From positions 1 through 58,547 of the forward strand of contig CAJVPI010000084.1 in the NCBI GenBank assembly GCA_910592345.1: a stretch of DNA of 58,547 nt. The letters are read 5' to 3'. Below, piece by piece: positions 35,323 through 48,464 of this stretch (position 1 is its first letter; every line of letters begins with the position of its first letter). Under the pieces are notes generated by a model, which worked only from the letters and a program-made list of their open reading frames with translations, searched no databases and was not told the DNA's origin. This DNA comes from Paraglomus brasilianum. Taxonomy: Eukaryota. Position numbers and translations under genes: made by a program.

Positions 35323-38300
35323 TATATATTTCTCCTCGCAATCTTATGTGTTTCTAAAAGATCTAAGTTCATTCTTTTTGATCACTTTACACGTGATTTA
35401 TTTTCATCTTTGGACTTCGCACATCGAGTCTGTTGTATCGAATACCAATTAATAATGGCAATTCGATGAAAGTTTTAACTATAATTATTGCATTCTGTTT
35501 TAAAAACTTAATCTCATAACAAAGAAAGGCTATCTATCGTATTATTGTATTTTGTCCAACGTTACATTAAAACTTACTCAAATTGATAAGCAATAATACC
35601 TTAACCATATTGAACGAAATTAATATAAGCCAGACTGTATAAATAGCGGCAGCTTGATCGTAAAATTGTTCTTGTAGCTTTTATTATATATTAATTGAAA
35701 ATTATCTAATTGACGACCAAACTTGAATGGAAAGAATGAAATATTGCTAACATAACTGTACGTTCATCTATTTAATGTTACCGAATAGAAATTGTCAGAG
35801 ACTCCAATATCCACTAAAAACCTATTGCATTTCTTTACTGACCAAAATTTTTTAAGCAAGATTGAATCTATTTGTGAGTATAACGCTCAAACTCAATTGT
35901 ATGGTTAAGAACAGATTTTGATGGTGTTAGTTAGCAGCGATTTAGCTTATATGTTAGAGACTTATTTTGAAAGTCGAATATAATTTTTGCGAAAGTTTAT
36001 CTATTCGTTCGTGTTTTTCAAATATTCCAACAAGCATGCCAGAAATTGAGAAAAAAGAAACCAACCAAGAATTAGAAAATTATGAAATGTTTATTCCAGT
36101 TGTGATTGAGATATTCAAGGCAAAGCAATACGCGAACAGATTGTCTTCTTGATAAAGACAAAAAAAAAGGCAAAACCATTAATATTAAGAGCACAATCGG
36201 CATGGTTTTGATGGTGATGTACATTTAAAGTTGGTTTTTTTACTAATGCAAATGAGAATAAAAGCCTGCAAATTCAAATGTAACGTCAATTTGGCGCGCA
36301 ATTAATTACCTGAAATTGTATTGTTGAGACAGCAATTGAACAAACTCGGTATTTAAAGATTGAAAAGTCTTCAAATATTTTACTTTGATTTAATCTTAGT
36401 GTTGCCAAACTCACGTTGCTACTATAGTAATTAAACTTGTTGAAAACAAAAAAGACAAAAAAAAAATTTATTTAATACTAACAGCCCTATCCACTACTGA
36501 TTCCAGTATCCCTTTTTTTAAGCTTTGAGCTTTGTTTTTTTTTGTTCAATAACTCTTCCTTTTTGTTCTTCTTTGACAAATCTCAAAACTATTGGTATAA
36601 AGGCATTTAGCACAACATTCTTGCCATTTCTTTAACATACTCGGTTGACAGTATTTTTAGGAGAATTAATGTAGATTAACTTCATGTTTACATAGCATCT
36701 TGTATAACACATGTATTGATAAGCAGGTATCTTGTATTTGATGCATGTGTGTTACATCTCGCGCGATTATGGTATGTATGCAACGTTAACGGTTTCCTTG
36801 TGCAAATTCGGTGCTGCCAGCCTAGTATATGCTTTACCATTATTGAGAGCAAGTTAATTGTGTCATCTCGGCAAATTAGTAGTACTCATGTACAGGGCTT
36901 GGACGGTTACAAGTAGCAGTTTTATTCGCCTCGTAATAACAAAGTGTTGCCAAACATAGCTAACGTTCTTTATCATTCCATTCGGTTACAAATGGAACGC
37001 AATTAAGAAGTCTTGCTGTATCAGAGAAACGTAAGACTTATCAATACAACCGTAAACATAGAAATTCGACCAGAAATATCAATGTGTCGAGTAATATTCA
37101 CTCTTGGCATAATCATAATAATGAATTCAATTGGTAAACAACATGGTTATCGAACGAATTTTTAGTCCAAACTGTCTTGCATACAAATGCAATTACGTCG
37201 ACAAATTTTTATCGTAGACATGCTACCAGCCCGAGAGGTCTGGGGGATGAATTTGGTGATAGATAGTAAGCCACTGTCGCAAGTCGAGATAGATTTGTAC
37301 TGTATTCGTCAAATGCTTTCCCAAGTAGTATAATAAATACATATGGCTCAATAGACTCGTAACTGTTTGAAATGCTATAAAAAACATTCTTCGAACAAGA
37401 ATTTCTGTCGACTATTAAGACTAGACAACCTATAAGCGGTTTCATTCTGCAATGTAGTCGCAAACAGTCCCGACAATGAGTTCGTTCTCAGAATCTATGC
37501 TTTTCAGATGCCACGTACTGAATGACAGCAAACTTGTGGTGCAGGGTATTGATTATCTTGTTACATAATATACGCTAGATGGCTGAATATGGGTTGCGCG
37601 AAAAGATTTGAAGAATGTTAAAAAGAACAAGTCTTTGTTCTCTATTTTTTGTGTCCAACGATTTTCCGCCAGCCGATCACTAATTCAGAATAGTGCGTTT
37701 TCGACAATGTTAATTCATACAATGCAATATGTTTCCAGGCTGCCCCCCCGCCATTTCAATGTTGCACACTTTCATCAAAAACAATGCCTTCAGGAGCTAG
37801 AGCTTTTTGTCACATCTGGCAAATTACGTCTCTCTACGAACCTGCTATCGGTTGTAAAATAATTTACTAACACAAGTAGATAAACTCTTTATCGGAACAA
37901 AGTAGGAAAGGTGGGACTAATGAGAGCTTTGGTGTGTTCGGTTTTAATTAAGCCCGGCATTACCGTCCCAATCGTCTACAATGGAAGAAAATCACGTTAC
38001 AGTTTTTCATTAACAATATTCATTTCAATTTGTTCTACCATTTCTATTATTGACTTATTCTCCATATAAATCTAGACTGGAAGTAAAATTACATGTAATT
38101 GAGGCATTGTCGTGAAAGGCCTTATATTATGCAAGCAATAATGAATGTCTATTTCGAAAATCAAGCCGGTATCGGATGTTTGTACGCATACAAGTGAATG
38201 ATCGCAATTTGATGCATAATAAACTTTGTTTGGCGTATGTATAAATAATAATAATATAGCGTTTATGAGATTATTGCCAAGAATGGCAAATAAACACTTA

Positions 38301-38991
38301 TTTGGAATGCGGTGTAATATCACTTACTGTATATAGCGTATAATTTCTATTATTCTGGCAACTCTGATCACCCAGCTGAAACGCATATCACACCTCGGTG
38401 CCAAATCTTGCATCTTTGTTATACATAAACCGAACTTGTGATATCAAAATGAGAGAGCAATTCAACCACAATATATCATCATTATTAAGCATACGTGTGT
38501 CATTACTTGCTGTGTTCCTCCCTTATAAGAATCCTGCGTCCCTCTTTATCTGTACAATTATTCTGTTTCTCTGTAAATTGGACGAGGAGAATCTCATTAC
38601 GTAAATCGCTGGTAGATTTAACCAGATTGACGACCGTGTCGTCTACAAAAGAGCAGAGAGTAACAAAAAGAACATAATTGAATTGGGGAGGATAAAAAAA
38701 AAGTAAAAAGTAGAGGAATAAGGAAACGCACATCAAAATTTATGTTCTAGGATCGCATACGAATCGCCACGAAAATAATACTTTACTGGATAAAGACAAA
38801 AGGCGAATTGGGTTTCCCTTTGAATAACTTACCAAAGAGTGTGTCAACGCTCTCTCCACTCCCCGTCATCACAATTAATCTCCTTTGGTCGTAATTCAAT
38901 AACACGCGCAGTTTCACTCCTTTATATTGCGCTGTTACAACTACCTTATACTATCTACACATCTCAGCGAGATAATCAAACCGACACCTAA

Positions 38992-40011
38992 ATGATATCA
39001 CTCTCATCGATTCTCGCATCCGTATCCGCTCTCCTTGCCCTATTTTCATCATTCTATGTCTTCCACCGGCTATTAGTTTCTCCGGCGCTTCTCCACTTTA
39101 CGTTATTCGTCGGTGCCATCTTGACGTTTGCTCTCTCTGCCGTTTCGGTCTTGTGCTCTATTTCAGACATTTGCCTTACCCCTTGGATCATTTACTCTTA
39201 TATAATTATATCTGCGCTCTTAACTATTCTCTCTTGTTATGTTATACTACATGTTGGAACTAATTTTTATAGATCATATGATATAGTTAGAAACACATTA
39301 TTATTTACCCCGATTATAGGAACGTTTGTTGTACTGGGATTAGCTGTGTACAACGTAGTAGGGATGGTGTTGGATGACAGCACAGTGCCGAATGAAACAT
39401 TGAGAACGGCCGAGATTTACGTAGAACTTGCAACAGGATTGGTGAGTTTGATATATGCTGCGGTGCCGCTAAAAAGAATGAAGAAAGAGAAAGAGCTGAA
39501 ACCCGAACGAACGGCCATTTTCATCATCAGGTTACTCGAAGTGGTAGTATTTTTCATTGCCCATTTCGTGGTAACAATGTATAGCACATATGCTCGACCG
39601 TTCATGGACGCCGAATTCGATGCCATCGACTATATCCTGCTTGTTTTTGTATTTCTGGTTCCATTGGTTCCTACACCAAGGAAAATAATTAAAAGGATAA
39701 AGAAGAGATTTCTGGGGGTCGAAGAACTAACCATTGGTGGAGACTTTAGACCGAGCATGATGGTTGATCAGCTGGGTAATTCGCAGCAAAGGAATGAAAA
39801 GGAAATGGAGATGGGAATCGAAAGCAAAATGGAGGAGGGTAGGCAGGATGCAGAAGGAACACTAGGAACGCGAGAAATAGTAGAGATGGATATACAAGGA
39901 CCATTTATTGTCAAGTGGGATAATCTTAAAGTGGAACGAGAAGAGAACAATGAGGAAGTGAGAGAAAGTTATGGAGCGTATGATAGATTGTTAAGGCCTT
40001 ATTTTAATTGA
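38992..40011 (+). CDS. Orphan multi-pass (~7 TM) membrane protein with a hydrophilic C-tail, 339 aa
   Basis: Intronless ORF with about seven hydrophobic segments in aa 1-228, a basic juxtamembrane patch RKIIKRIKKR and an acidic tail. Confidence 0.85.
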   Translation: MISLSSILASVSALLALFSSFYVFHRLLVSPALLHFTLFVGAILTFALSAVSVLCSISDICLTPWIIYSYIIISALLTILSCYVILHVGTNFYRSYDIVRNTLLFTPIIGTFVVLGLAVYNVVGMVLDDSTVPNETLRTAEIYVELATGLVSLIYAAVPLKRMKKEKELKPERTAIFIIRLLEVVVFFIAHFVVTMYSTYARPFMDAEFDAIDYILLVFVFLVPLVPTPRKIIKRIKKRFLGVEELTIGGDFRPSMMVDQLGNSQQRNEKEMEMGIESKMEEGRQDAEGTLGTREIVEMDIQGPFIVKWDNLKVEREENNEEVRESYGAYDRLLRPYFN

Positions 40012-40397
40012 GAAGCAAGATGTTAGTAGTTAAAACATGATATTATTTAATGAATCCAGTGAATTTCTAATAGCCTTGGGGTAATATTGTTTTTCATGTG
40101 AGGGGCATATTTTGTGAGATACTGGTTTATCGAACGACAATTTGTAAGAGGTGATGCGAGTTTTTAAATACTATTGCTATTGACTATTTTAGCTTCCATC
40201 CATCCCAATTCCCCATTTCCCCTCGCAATCGACAAGTGTATATTCTCAATAATTCAATTGTACAAATTAAAGTTAATTGTATACTATTTTATTCCATTGC
40301 TATTACTCTTTTCTTCTATTTGTATCTGTATTTGTGTTTACAGTTTTTTTTATGACAATCATTTTTGTATTTTCACATAGTCAGCAAAAAAGCTAAG

Positions 40398-40433
40398 CAT
40401 GGTTATACCATGGTTATACCATGGTTATACCAT
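40398..40433. repeat. (CATGGTTATAC)3 perfect tandem repeat
   Basis: Read directly from the sequence. Confidence 0.9.
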
Positions 40434-41461
40434 TATTATTATCATTACGCAATCACCGACTTTTCTAATTTCATCCTGGTAAATTTCGTCCTTTGTTTCG
40501 TTGAACACCTTGCAAATCGCCTGTTTTGATTGTTGCTTACTACGAATTAAAAGAATTCGTATCTCAAGTTTCAGCGATTAACCCACGTGACAGGACACAG
40601 AGTGTAAACTTTATGTAATTGGTATCACATTATAATATGGGCTATGCTGTTCCCCCCGCAGTTCAAAAGTCGGAGATGAAAATAGCTTGTTCCGCAAATT
40701 GGCTACCTTGTATGACTAGTTATACGCATTTAGGATGTGATAATTGGTTTACGGGTGGTTACTAACAAATATGACATAACAAGGATTCGTTTGACAGAGA
40801 TAATTAAGGTTATGACAAAAGCACCAATTGTCATGTTCAACTAAACAATAAATGATTCATGCCATGTCCTCCCTTATCTGCATACTCTGAATTTCGTACC
40901 CCTGTATATTGGGCCCACTTTAGAATATTGGCTTGGCGGTCCGTGAAAAATTATTGGTAAGCTTGCGTCTGTTCGATGGGAAAAAAAACCTATTTGAAAT
41001 TTCTTTAAATTTAAGCTTTTCGGACTTTCACCTTAAGAGCTTTGGTCTACGAAAGAAACTCGGAAAAAAAATAAATAAAAATTGAAGGGACTGAAAGGGT
41101 TTATAGGGGATACTCAGTATTGTCCAGGTAACGATAGCTGCCATCGTAATAGCTTAATGAAGCCATGTGAATTAACCGCTGAACAAAGCTGCATAAAGCT
41201 GCATTGTGGTATACAGATATACATATAAATATGCATTATAATAATGAGACTAGGTCATTGTTTAAATGAATAATTCTCTCTTTGTTATTTCGGTTGCTTT
41301 TAGGAGACAGCACCATTTTATCTCATATAACTTTAAAAAAGAACCAAACACTATCTATACTGCATAACTCTGTTGAATAGCCGCCAACTATACATACACA
41401 CAACACATATATCTATCTATCCACATAATTTTATACGCAACGCCAACCTTATCAAAAGAAA

Positions 41462-43147
41462 ATGGCCACGTCAACGGCTTTAAAACACCAACCTTCTTTG
41501 TCCTCAACACAATCCACCACCAACACTAAATTTTCCTGCGACCCGCACGTATTGTACATACTCCAAGGCATAGTCCGTGACTTGCAGTTTCTATGCGACG
41601 GTGGCTATATCACCCGCATAGCTCTCGATGAGATAATAGACAAACTGCCAAAACCCGTAACTCACTTCATTCCCAATAATACACCAGCCGCATCCCCTTC
41701 TCCGTCTCCAGTAGGTATGCATAACATTCCAACAGAAATCAATACGCAAGTACCAGTTTCGAGGGCAAGCGTCAATTCGACATCAAATACGGATTCGCAG
41801 ACCGATTCTCCATTAATGAAAGATGATGATTTTTACGATGTGGACGAGGAAATTATGAAGAGAAATGTAAGTGGGAGATATGAGGATGAGTCGGCAATTG
41901 CATACGGAAGTACTGGAGAGGAAGCAAGTTTTGTGGACGGGAGGATGGAATATATGAGAGAAGCGGAAGAGAGGTCCTTGAGATCACTGGCATCGACAAC
42001 GGACCACGAAGCTATTACTAACCAGAGCGATATCACATCACAATCGTCTCATAATCGTCATATAATGCGATCACCAGCACCATCGACAACATCATCACAT
42101 GTAGTAGTTAATACTAATGCACATCCCCATCCCGTCAACGACATGTATCCTAATTCTAGTGCGTCTAGCCCTACAGAAACTTATGCCCCGTCACGTACTA
42201 CGGCAATTTCTAGCTTGGCGTTGCCTCCTCCAGCAGGTGATACGCCAATGCCACAACGTGGACAGTCGCAAAACGGACAAGTTCAACCGCATTCGCAACA
42301 ACCAAGATCAAGGAGAGCATCATCAGTAGCCGCACCGGCTTATTTAGCTATCGTCGAGGCATTATGGGAATTTGCTGGTAAAGTGGTTTGGATTAGATCG
42401 GATTAGATTGGATTAGATTGGATTACATTGAGGAGAGGAAAAAGAAATTTCCTTTTTCCCCACCTTGTTTTATTTTGCATGAGCGATGATATTGCAAGGT
42501 CGTTTGTAATGGTAAATGTACAACAATGGAATTGATACTATTCTTTTTGTTGTCATTATAAAACTATCATCATCGCTCATTCATAATTGTGTGTTTGTTT
42601 GGAGTATTTTGTGCAATAATTGACTCAACTAACAAGATTTCGGATAGCAGATGATGACGGTGATCTGACATTCAGAAAAGGAGACGTATTGGAAATCAAC
42701 GAATTCGGTAAATATAATATTATTAGCCGGGGAAATGTGTAACAGCGGATGAGGCAATTGGGACAATAGAGTATTCAGGCGTTGTCGATAAGCTTCGATT
42801 GTTGTTTTGCTTCGGGGATGACAAATACTAATCCTTATCTTCTCATCAGTTAACTCTGATTGGTGGCGAGGTCGCTGTCTACGGACAGGAAAGATGGGAA
42901 TCTTTCCAAGGGTATACGCCAGAATATTGTAAGTCGTTTATCCTAATAAGTTAATGATCAGTCATGCATAAGACACATTAAACATTACTAATACTATTTC
43001 GTCCTCACGTGGGACTAATTTCACAAATTTAGACACATGAACCAGCCGGGTTCGTCGTTCCATCAGACATCGAATGCATATTACACAACAAGACCACAAG
43101 CCCAACAACCATCGGCATATTCATCACCACAAAATGTTCAAGTGTAA
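41462..43147 (+). CDS. Lsb1/Pin3-like SH3 domain protein, ~388 aa; exons 41462-42377, 42651-42707, 42850-42928, 43033-43147
   Basis: N-terminal ILQGIVRDLQFLCDGGYIT...IIDKLP. The SH3 domain assembles across introns: VEALWEFA-DDDGDLTFRKGDVLEINEF-VNSDWWRG...GIFPRVY. Total 1167 nt in frame. Confidence 0.85.
42388..42431 (+). repeat. (GATTR)n pentamer microsatellite at the start of SH3-gene intron 1
   Basis: TTGGATTAGATCGGATTAGATTGGATTAGATTGGATTACATTG. Confidence 0.8.
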
Positions 43148-43676
43148 TTACCGTAGTTGTTGCCACTATATATGTCAAAAACTCTCACTTTGTAAGATTT
43201 TATAAATACGGGTATGTTGCGTCTATCATAGTTGTAGACACGACATCGAGAACTCACCTTATTAATAAGTTTGTGGATGGAACCAACCTTCTTTTTTTGT
43301 CTTGTCTTTAAAAATGATTGATTATATGAGTCTTGTATTAATTAGGTGGTTTTGTTGGTTATTAATTTATTTATGAATCCAAAGACATTGCAGTATAGAC
43401 TCTTAGAACCAAGTCACAATTGACTATTAATCATTCTTTTCTTTTACACCAAAAAATAAAACTATAATTAAATCGCGAGTGGAACAACGTACTACACATG
43501 CTCCAATGAAATGATTTGTGTTATATTAAATATGCACACCGATTAATATTACACTTCCGTGACGTCATCAATATAGACACAGGAGGAGCAACTAAAATAC
43601 AAAAGTTTGAATATATGAATAGTTAACCTGCCACCTTTTTGATCCTGCAGACCATACAAGTCACCGTGGGTTCGAC

Positions 43677-44817
43677 TTAGAGAACGAAAGTATACTTGTA
43701 TGCATTACCCGTGTTCTGTGCTATCCACAACATAATCGAACTATACCGAATGAAACGTGATGATGTGGGTTATTATGACACGTGGTCGTCTCAATGCGTT
43801 TATACGATGTAAGCCTTACTTACCTTAGGAATATTGACCACGATTGTATGACGATCGCAATGCCAATGTACAACTCGGGCATGTGTATACCTGGGATAAG
43901 ATATTTATACACAAGAATAGCCTACAAGATGAACGAACATGAGTGTAAACAAGGTTACAGGCATATATGTATATGGATGACACAAATTGCAGATACTGAC
44001 AGTCGATCCACAGACACCACACGCCATCATGAAGAATCCAATAAATAACAGAAGACGCGCTTTCCAGAGTGTAAGCCTCGATCGTGTATACAAGTACTCG
44101 TGTTCCGAAAGACAGCTTTTGTCAAGGGAGTTTACGCTGTAATGAAATGAGAAAAATTATTACATTACAAATACTATCAGGTAATTCTATTGCTATTGTT
44201 GTCAATGTGGTCATCATTATCATTTCCGTATTATGAATTCTAACACACTCTTCCCCTAAATCCAACATTTCTTAAAAAGAGAATTCTCAAATATCTCCAC
44301 CTTTGCAGCATCTCTAATCTATATACTTACATAATCATTCCAATAGTAGCGATAACACCGTTAAACCAGTCTTCGAACCTGATGCTCACATCCAATTCTG
44401 ATGTAGTAGAGTATATTATTGAATCGATAAACACTACCCAACCTATCGCAAACTATAAATATGTAGGGAAGAGCAAAGGTGATGGAGAATATGTGTGAGA
44501 GGATGGAGAAATATGTGTAATGAGAATGATGGTTGGAAAGAGCGTAGTCTAATATAAAATGAAGTCATATATGGTATGTGCATTTTTATGGTTATCGTCT
44601 GCAGTGAATGACATTATACATTATGTATGGACAATCTCATTTTGCATTCGCTTCTATCACATATCTTACTTTTGCTTACCAGACATCCAGATATATATAC
44701 ACCAATATCTTTTAATCGAGGCGTAGGAATGCACCCAAACTGACGACCACCATCAAAGTCATAAGTCCAGCGGTGTGAAGTAAGCGGAACGTTTTGGATG
44801 GTTGTTGTTGGGGGCAT
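43677..44817 (-). CDS. VPS68: Vps68 / TMEM50 (UPF0220) family, ~185 aa; exons 44817-44680, 44452-44331, 44136-44001, 43921-43824, 43740-43677
   Basis: GVYISGCL|FAIGWVVFIDS, RFEDWFNGVIATIGMII|VNSLDK, ARLLLFIGF and LS|SIMLWIAQN. 558 nt in frame; not visible as one ORF in the supplied track. Confidence 0.9.
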
Positions 44818-47228
44818 TCTTGCGGGCGTGCGAGTGGAAATGGTGACTATGCAGGCCCGGCGAGTTGTAACTTATAGTCCCAGTATTGTCTGCGGGCTGA
44901 GGTAAGAGGCTATTTTTGATTACTCTATGCACTGTAATATGCAGGCGCTTTGCAGTCTTTGTTTGCTGATATGGTTTACTTACTGGCCTTTGTATGGTCA
45001 ATTGTTTGTGAGTTGTCCTCCTTGTGCGTTTCGGACGTTTCAGTGGAAATTTTTCTTCCCTTCTGTTTAGAGATATTAATATACCAAGGAAGCTCGTGAA
45101 AAGAATCGAGATGTTGATGTAGAATGCGGCCTCCCTCATGATAATAACGTGTATAAATAATAGTACTTAATCGTTATTGTATAAATTATGGTGCCTGACT
45201 AGTTGTAGTCTTGTGATTTAACGCCACATAAGCCACGATAGGTCATTGGTCAAGGGAATTGATTATCAGAAAATATCTTATCACCCAAACACGTGGGAAA
45301 AACAGCGTGCTAGTCTGGCAATGCTATTGATTTACTTTTTTTGTTGAATTCCTAACATAATAAGAGGTTTGCTGTTTCGCTGAAACAACTAATCAATTTT
45401 ATAGGAACTAATTGTCATAAACACAACTCTCCCGGACAGTATAATGTCTTAGCGTTAATATTATTAATTACCGATTGAAATGGCGTAGCAAGTTCAAATA
45501 GAATAAATCTATTTTATATTTTATCCTATGTACACCCTCTGTAAACGCGCAGCCTCTCTAAATACATCATTGCCATGATCACTTTAGTGATAAATGCACG
45601 CCCACGTGAACGAATTTTGCGGTTCTGTTAATAACAATAATATCCGTTAATGCCGCACGTGACCTATATTTAATTGACCAATTGTATTATTAATACGCTC
45701 TTTGTTCATGGTTGTTGTTGTTAGAGCGTCTTAGAATGTTAATAGAAACCTTATGTTATCGTCATTTTCGAATTATCGAATGAAATCTTCGTTCTTTTCG
45801 CTTGGTTGATTATTAGATGACAGCACAGAGGTAGCTATTGTCACTGTATTAAAAAGTTTAAAAAATCTAGCCTGTTTTACTGCAACAAGAGAATACAAGC
45901 GAACAGATAATACTGTTGAGATAAAAGAAAATTGAAACAAAAAATACATATTATAAATAATAAATATATAAATTTTTTCTTGTGTTATAAATACACACCC
46001 TTTCTAAATGCACATCCTGGAGGGTGTGCAATTAGAGAGGTCTCTGTATGTCAGTATTTGTCAATAAAATTGAATGCTCTTACTTGTTTTCTTCATATTA
46101 AATACTTTGTGCCCTACCAGCTGTAAACAATTTGTAACTTATTAACTGTCTTGTTCTTAATTATGGTATTTCATGACTAGAAGTAATGTCAGATCGTATT
46201 AATTTCTGGCAGTATAGTATTTGACTCTAAACAAATCTACCAGAAGAACTGGATTTCTTTATTTCAAGGATAAAATATAAACAAATTTTGTAGAAAAAAT
46301 AAGGATATGTTTTATATTACATGAATATATATAGCAAATAAACACACTCGATCTCTTAGAAACCAAGTTTCCGTCTGTGACTATTTTCCTCTGCTCGAAA
46401 ATATACTCTTCCATAAGATCAACGAATTGATAACGACACGCCGTATCCACAGTAGCAAAACACTGACACGTTGATACATTGGCACGTATCCAAAAGTAAC
46501 TCAGAAAATGTGTCGTTATAAATTTATTTATATAGCCAATAGATTAATAATATTTTTAGTAAAACACGAATATTATAATGTCGATAGTTAATGCTAATGT
46601 TTGAATTATGTCCGGTATAAGCCATTCGAACCACGGGCAACAAGTCTTTGGATTTATTTTATTACGGAATCATTTTTAATACAAAGAATAAATATACAAT
46701 AGATCCCCTACTCTTTATTGACTAAAATGACTATGGATGCACGCATATAGCAGAACTGACAACGAATTGATAGACAAACACTCAGTTGTTTATTATTATA
46801 CGTGTAAGCAATGCAAATGTTATTACTAACTTGACGCGTTTAAAACAAAATATCTTGTAAGACTATACATATAATGCCTGTATTTGAATAAATGATTTAC
46901 ATGTATCATTACAATTGGGGCATGCTGCAACAAAACCTGACAAAGTGAACATTCCATTATGTGGCATAAATGAGAAGCTGGTGTGGCTGAAAATCAATAA
47001 TTTGACTAATGGCATTTTGGCTGTGACTTGTTAATGGAAAAAAATAAATATGAACCTAATTTACATCAAATCCATTATGAAACCAAAAAATTACAGCACC
47101 ATTAGAAGCATTTTAAAGAAAACTCAAGGAGAAAAAATTACTCCCTACGTTTTTAAAATCAATGTTATCCAAACTCTCCAGGAATATCTAGATAAAGAAA
47201 AAATCACTTATGAAATTTACCATGATAC

Positions 47229-47487
47229 GGACCTTGAAGGGGATGATATTCCGGTCGTCCTATACGGCATTGTGACAAATGGGCGCGAATGAATGTTCCT
47301 CCGTTGGGCCGGCAGCTCTTCAAAGCCAACAGTTGAGCTCACACCACACGTAACTGTCCCCTTGGCTGACGACTTGAGTAAGGCAAAGGCCATTCTTAAC
47401 AACATCGTTGAGATGCTTGAATCACAGATCTGTGGCTTGACTGACTCCGGCAAGAGAATCCGAATCAAGAAGCGTCGTTTGATCTAG
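47229..47487 (+). pseudogene. C-terminal fragment of a Crinkler-related nuclease-fold gene with a W-to-stop change
   Basis: VLYGIVTNGRE*MFLRWAGSSSKPTVEL...AKAILNNIVEMLESQ; TGA at 47290-47292 sits where the GIVTxGxxW motif has Trp. Confidence 0.55.
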
Positions 47488-47643
47488 GGATTATATCACG
47501 CGCGTGAATACAGGTAGCGTGAAAACATAGTCTATAAAGGTTTGTGGATAGCTCAGTTGGTTTTAGAGTTATTAATTTTTAAAAAACCACGGGTATTGGA
47601 ATTAGCGCTTGTCATAGCTATAACGCCAGCAAATTTCGTAATA

Positions 47644-47810
47644 CACAGGCAAACTCGATAAGTCGGTCTCTCGATGATTCAATTTTGGCCTAAGAAGGCC
47701 AAAACTTCCCAAGCCTTTTTCTCAGTTTTAATATTTAAAATCTCTCGATAAGTCGGTTCTCTCGATAAGTCGGTCCATGATACATGACCGACTTATCGAG
47801 TTTGCCTGTG
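47644..47810. mobile_element. pogo/Tigger-type MITE with perfect 25-bp TIR, TA TSD
   Basis: TA|CACAGGCAAACTCGATAAGTCGGTC ... GACCGACTTATCGAGTTTGCCTGTG|TA, with internal CTCTCGATAAGTCGGT repeats. Confidence 0.9.
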
Positions 47811-48464
47811 TATTTTAATTAGCAACCATACAAAACTTGCATAGAGCGTGTCTTAATGCAACCAAGATTGGTGGCAAAAATCGAAGAGACAAGAACTGGG
47901 AAGTTAGAAATTGAAAAATATATCTATATCATGTACACAAGGAATTTACCCGCGTGGCCAGACATCGCGTGCCTGTAGCTCAAATCATTTGCCGATGGGC
48001 AATATTGGACATTTCACGCGATGTACGTGTATTTATATAAAAGAAAGGCCTCCACATAGAGATGAGTATAAGACACTTATTCCAACAACACCACCTCACA
48101 AATTGATGATATATGTCATTCCAGACCTGAAACAAGTAAGGCCCATTTATTCAAAACAACACATGTGGTGAATGTCTAAAAACAAATTGCTAAGCTGTAT
48201 TCAGATATTTATCAGACAATTCGTTTCAAGATACCATCGAAACTTGTATACTATATCAATAGTAGTATCTCCATTGGAAGACACGCATTGATTTCGGAAT
48301 TTAGCAACAAGCCGATGAAAAGACGAAAAGTAGTCATAAAGACCAAATGTTGGTCATTTAATCAAGTTGAATCGCCATCCTCATTTAACCCAGGATCATT
48401 GCCCCCATCCCCCTTCAATGACCCCCTCTATCAAAAGTCATACTTTGCTATCTTTTATTTCGTA

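Noticed and set aside
35967..37860. Short ORFs and peptide-like fragments; similar ones at 5670-6460, 7347-7565, 25620-25870 and 46200-46520
   Set aside because: Probably decayed gene or TE pieces, but no motif I could assign.
44759..45139. 126-aa ORF overlapping the VPS68 start
   Set aside because: No recognisable family. It spans a probable 5'-UTR intron (GTAAGT at 44983, CAG at ~44897), and VPS68 homology starts in another frame at 44817.
45528..46049. Possible Tigger-like element ending ...AGAGGTCTCTG|TA
   Set aside because: The left end is too degenerate to define a TIR pair.
47540..47610. tRNA-like GGATAGCTCAGTTGGTTTTAGAG
   Set aside because: Only an A-box/D-arm-like piece; no T-loop (GTTCRA) or acceptor-stem pairing follows.
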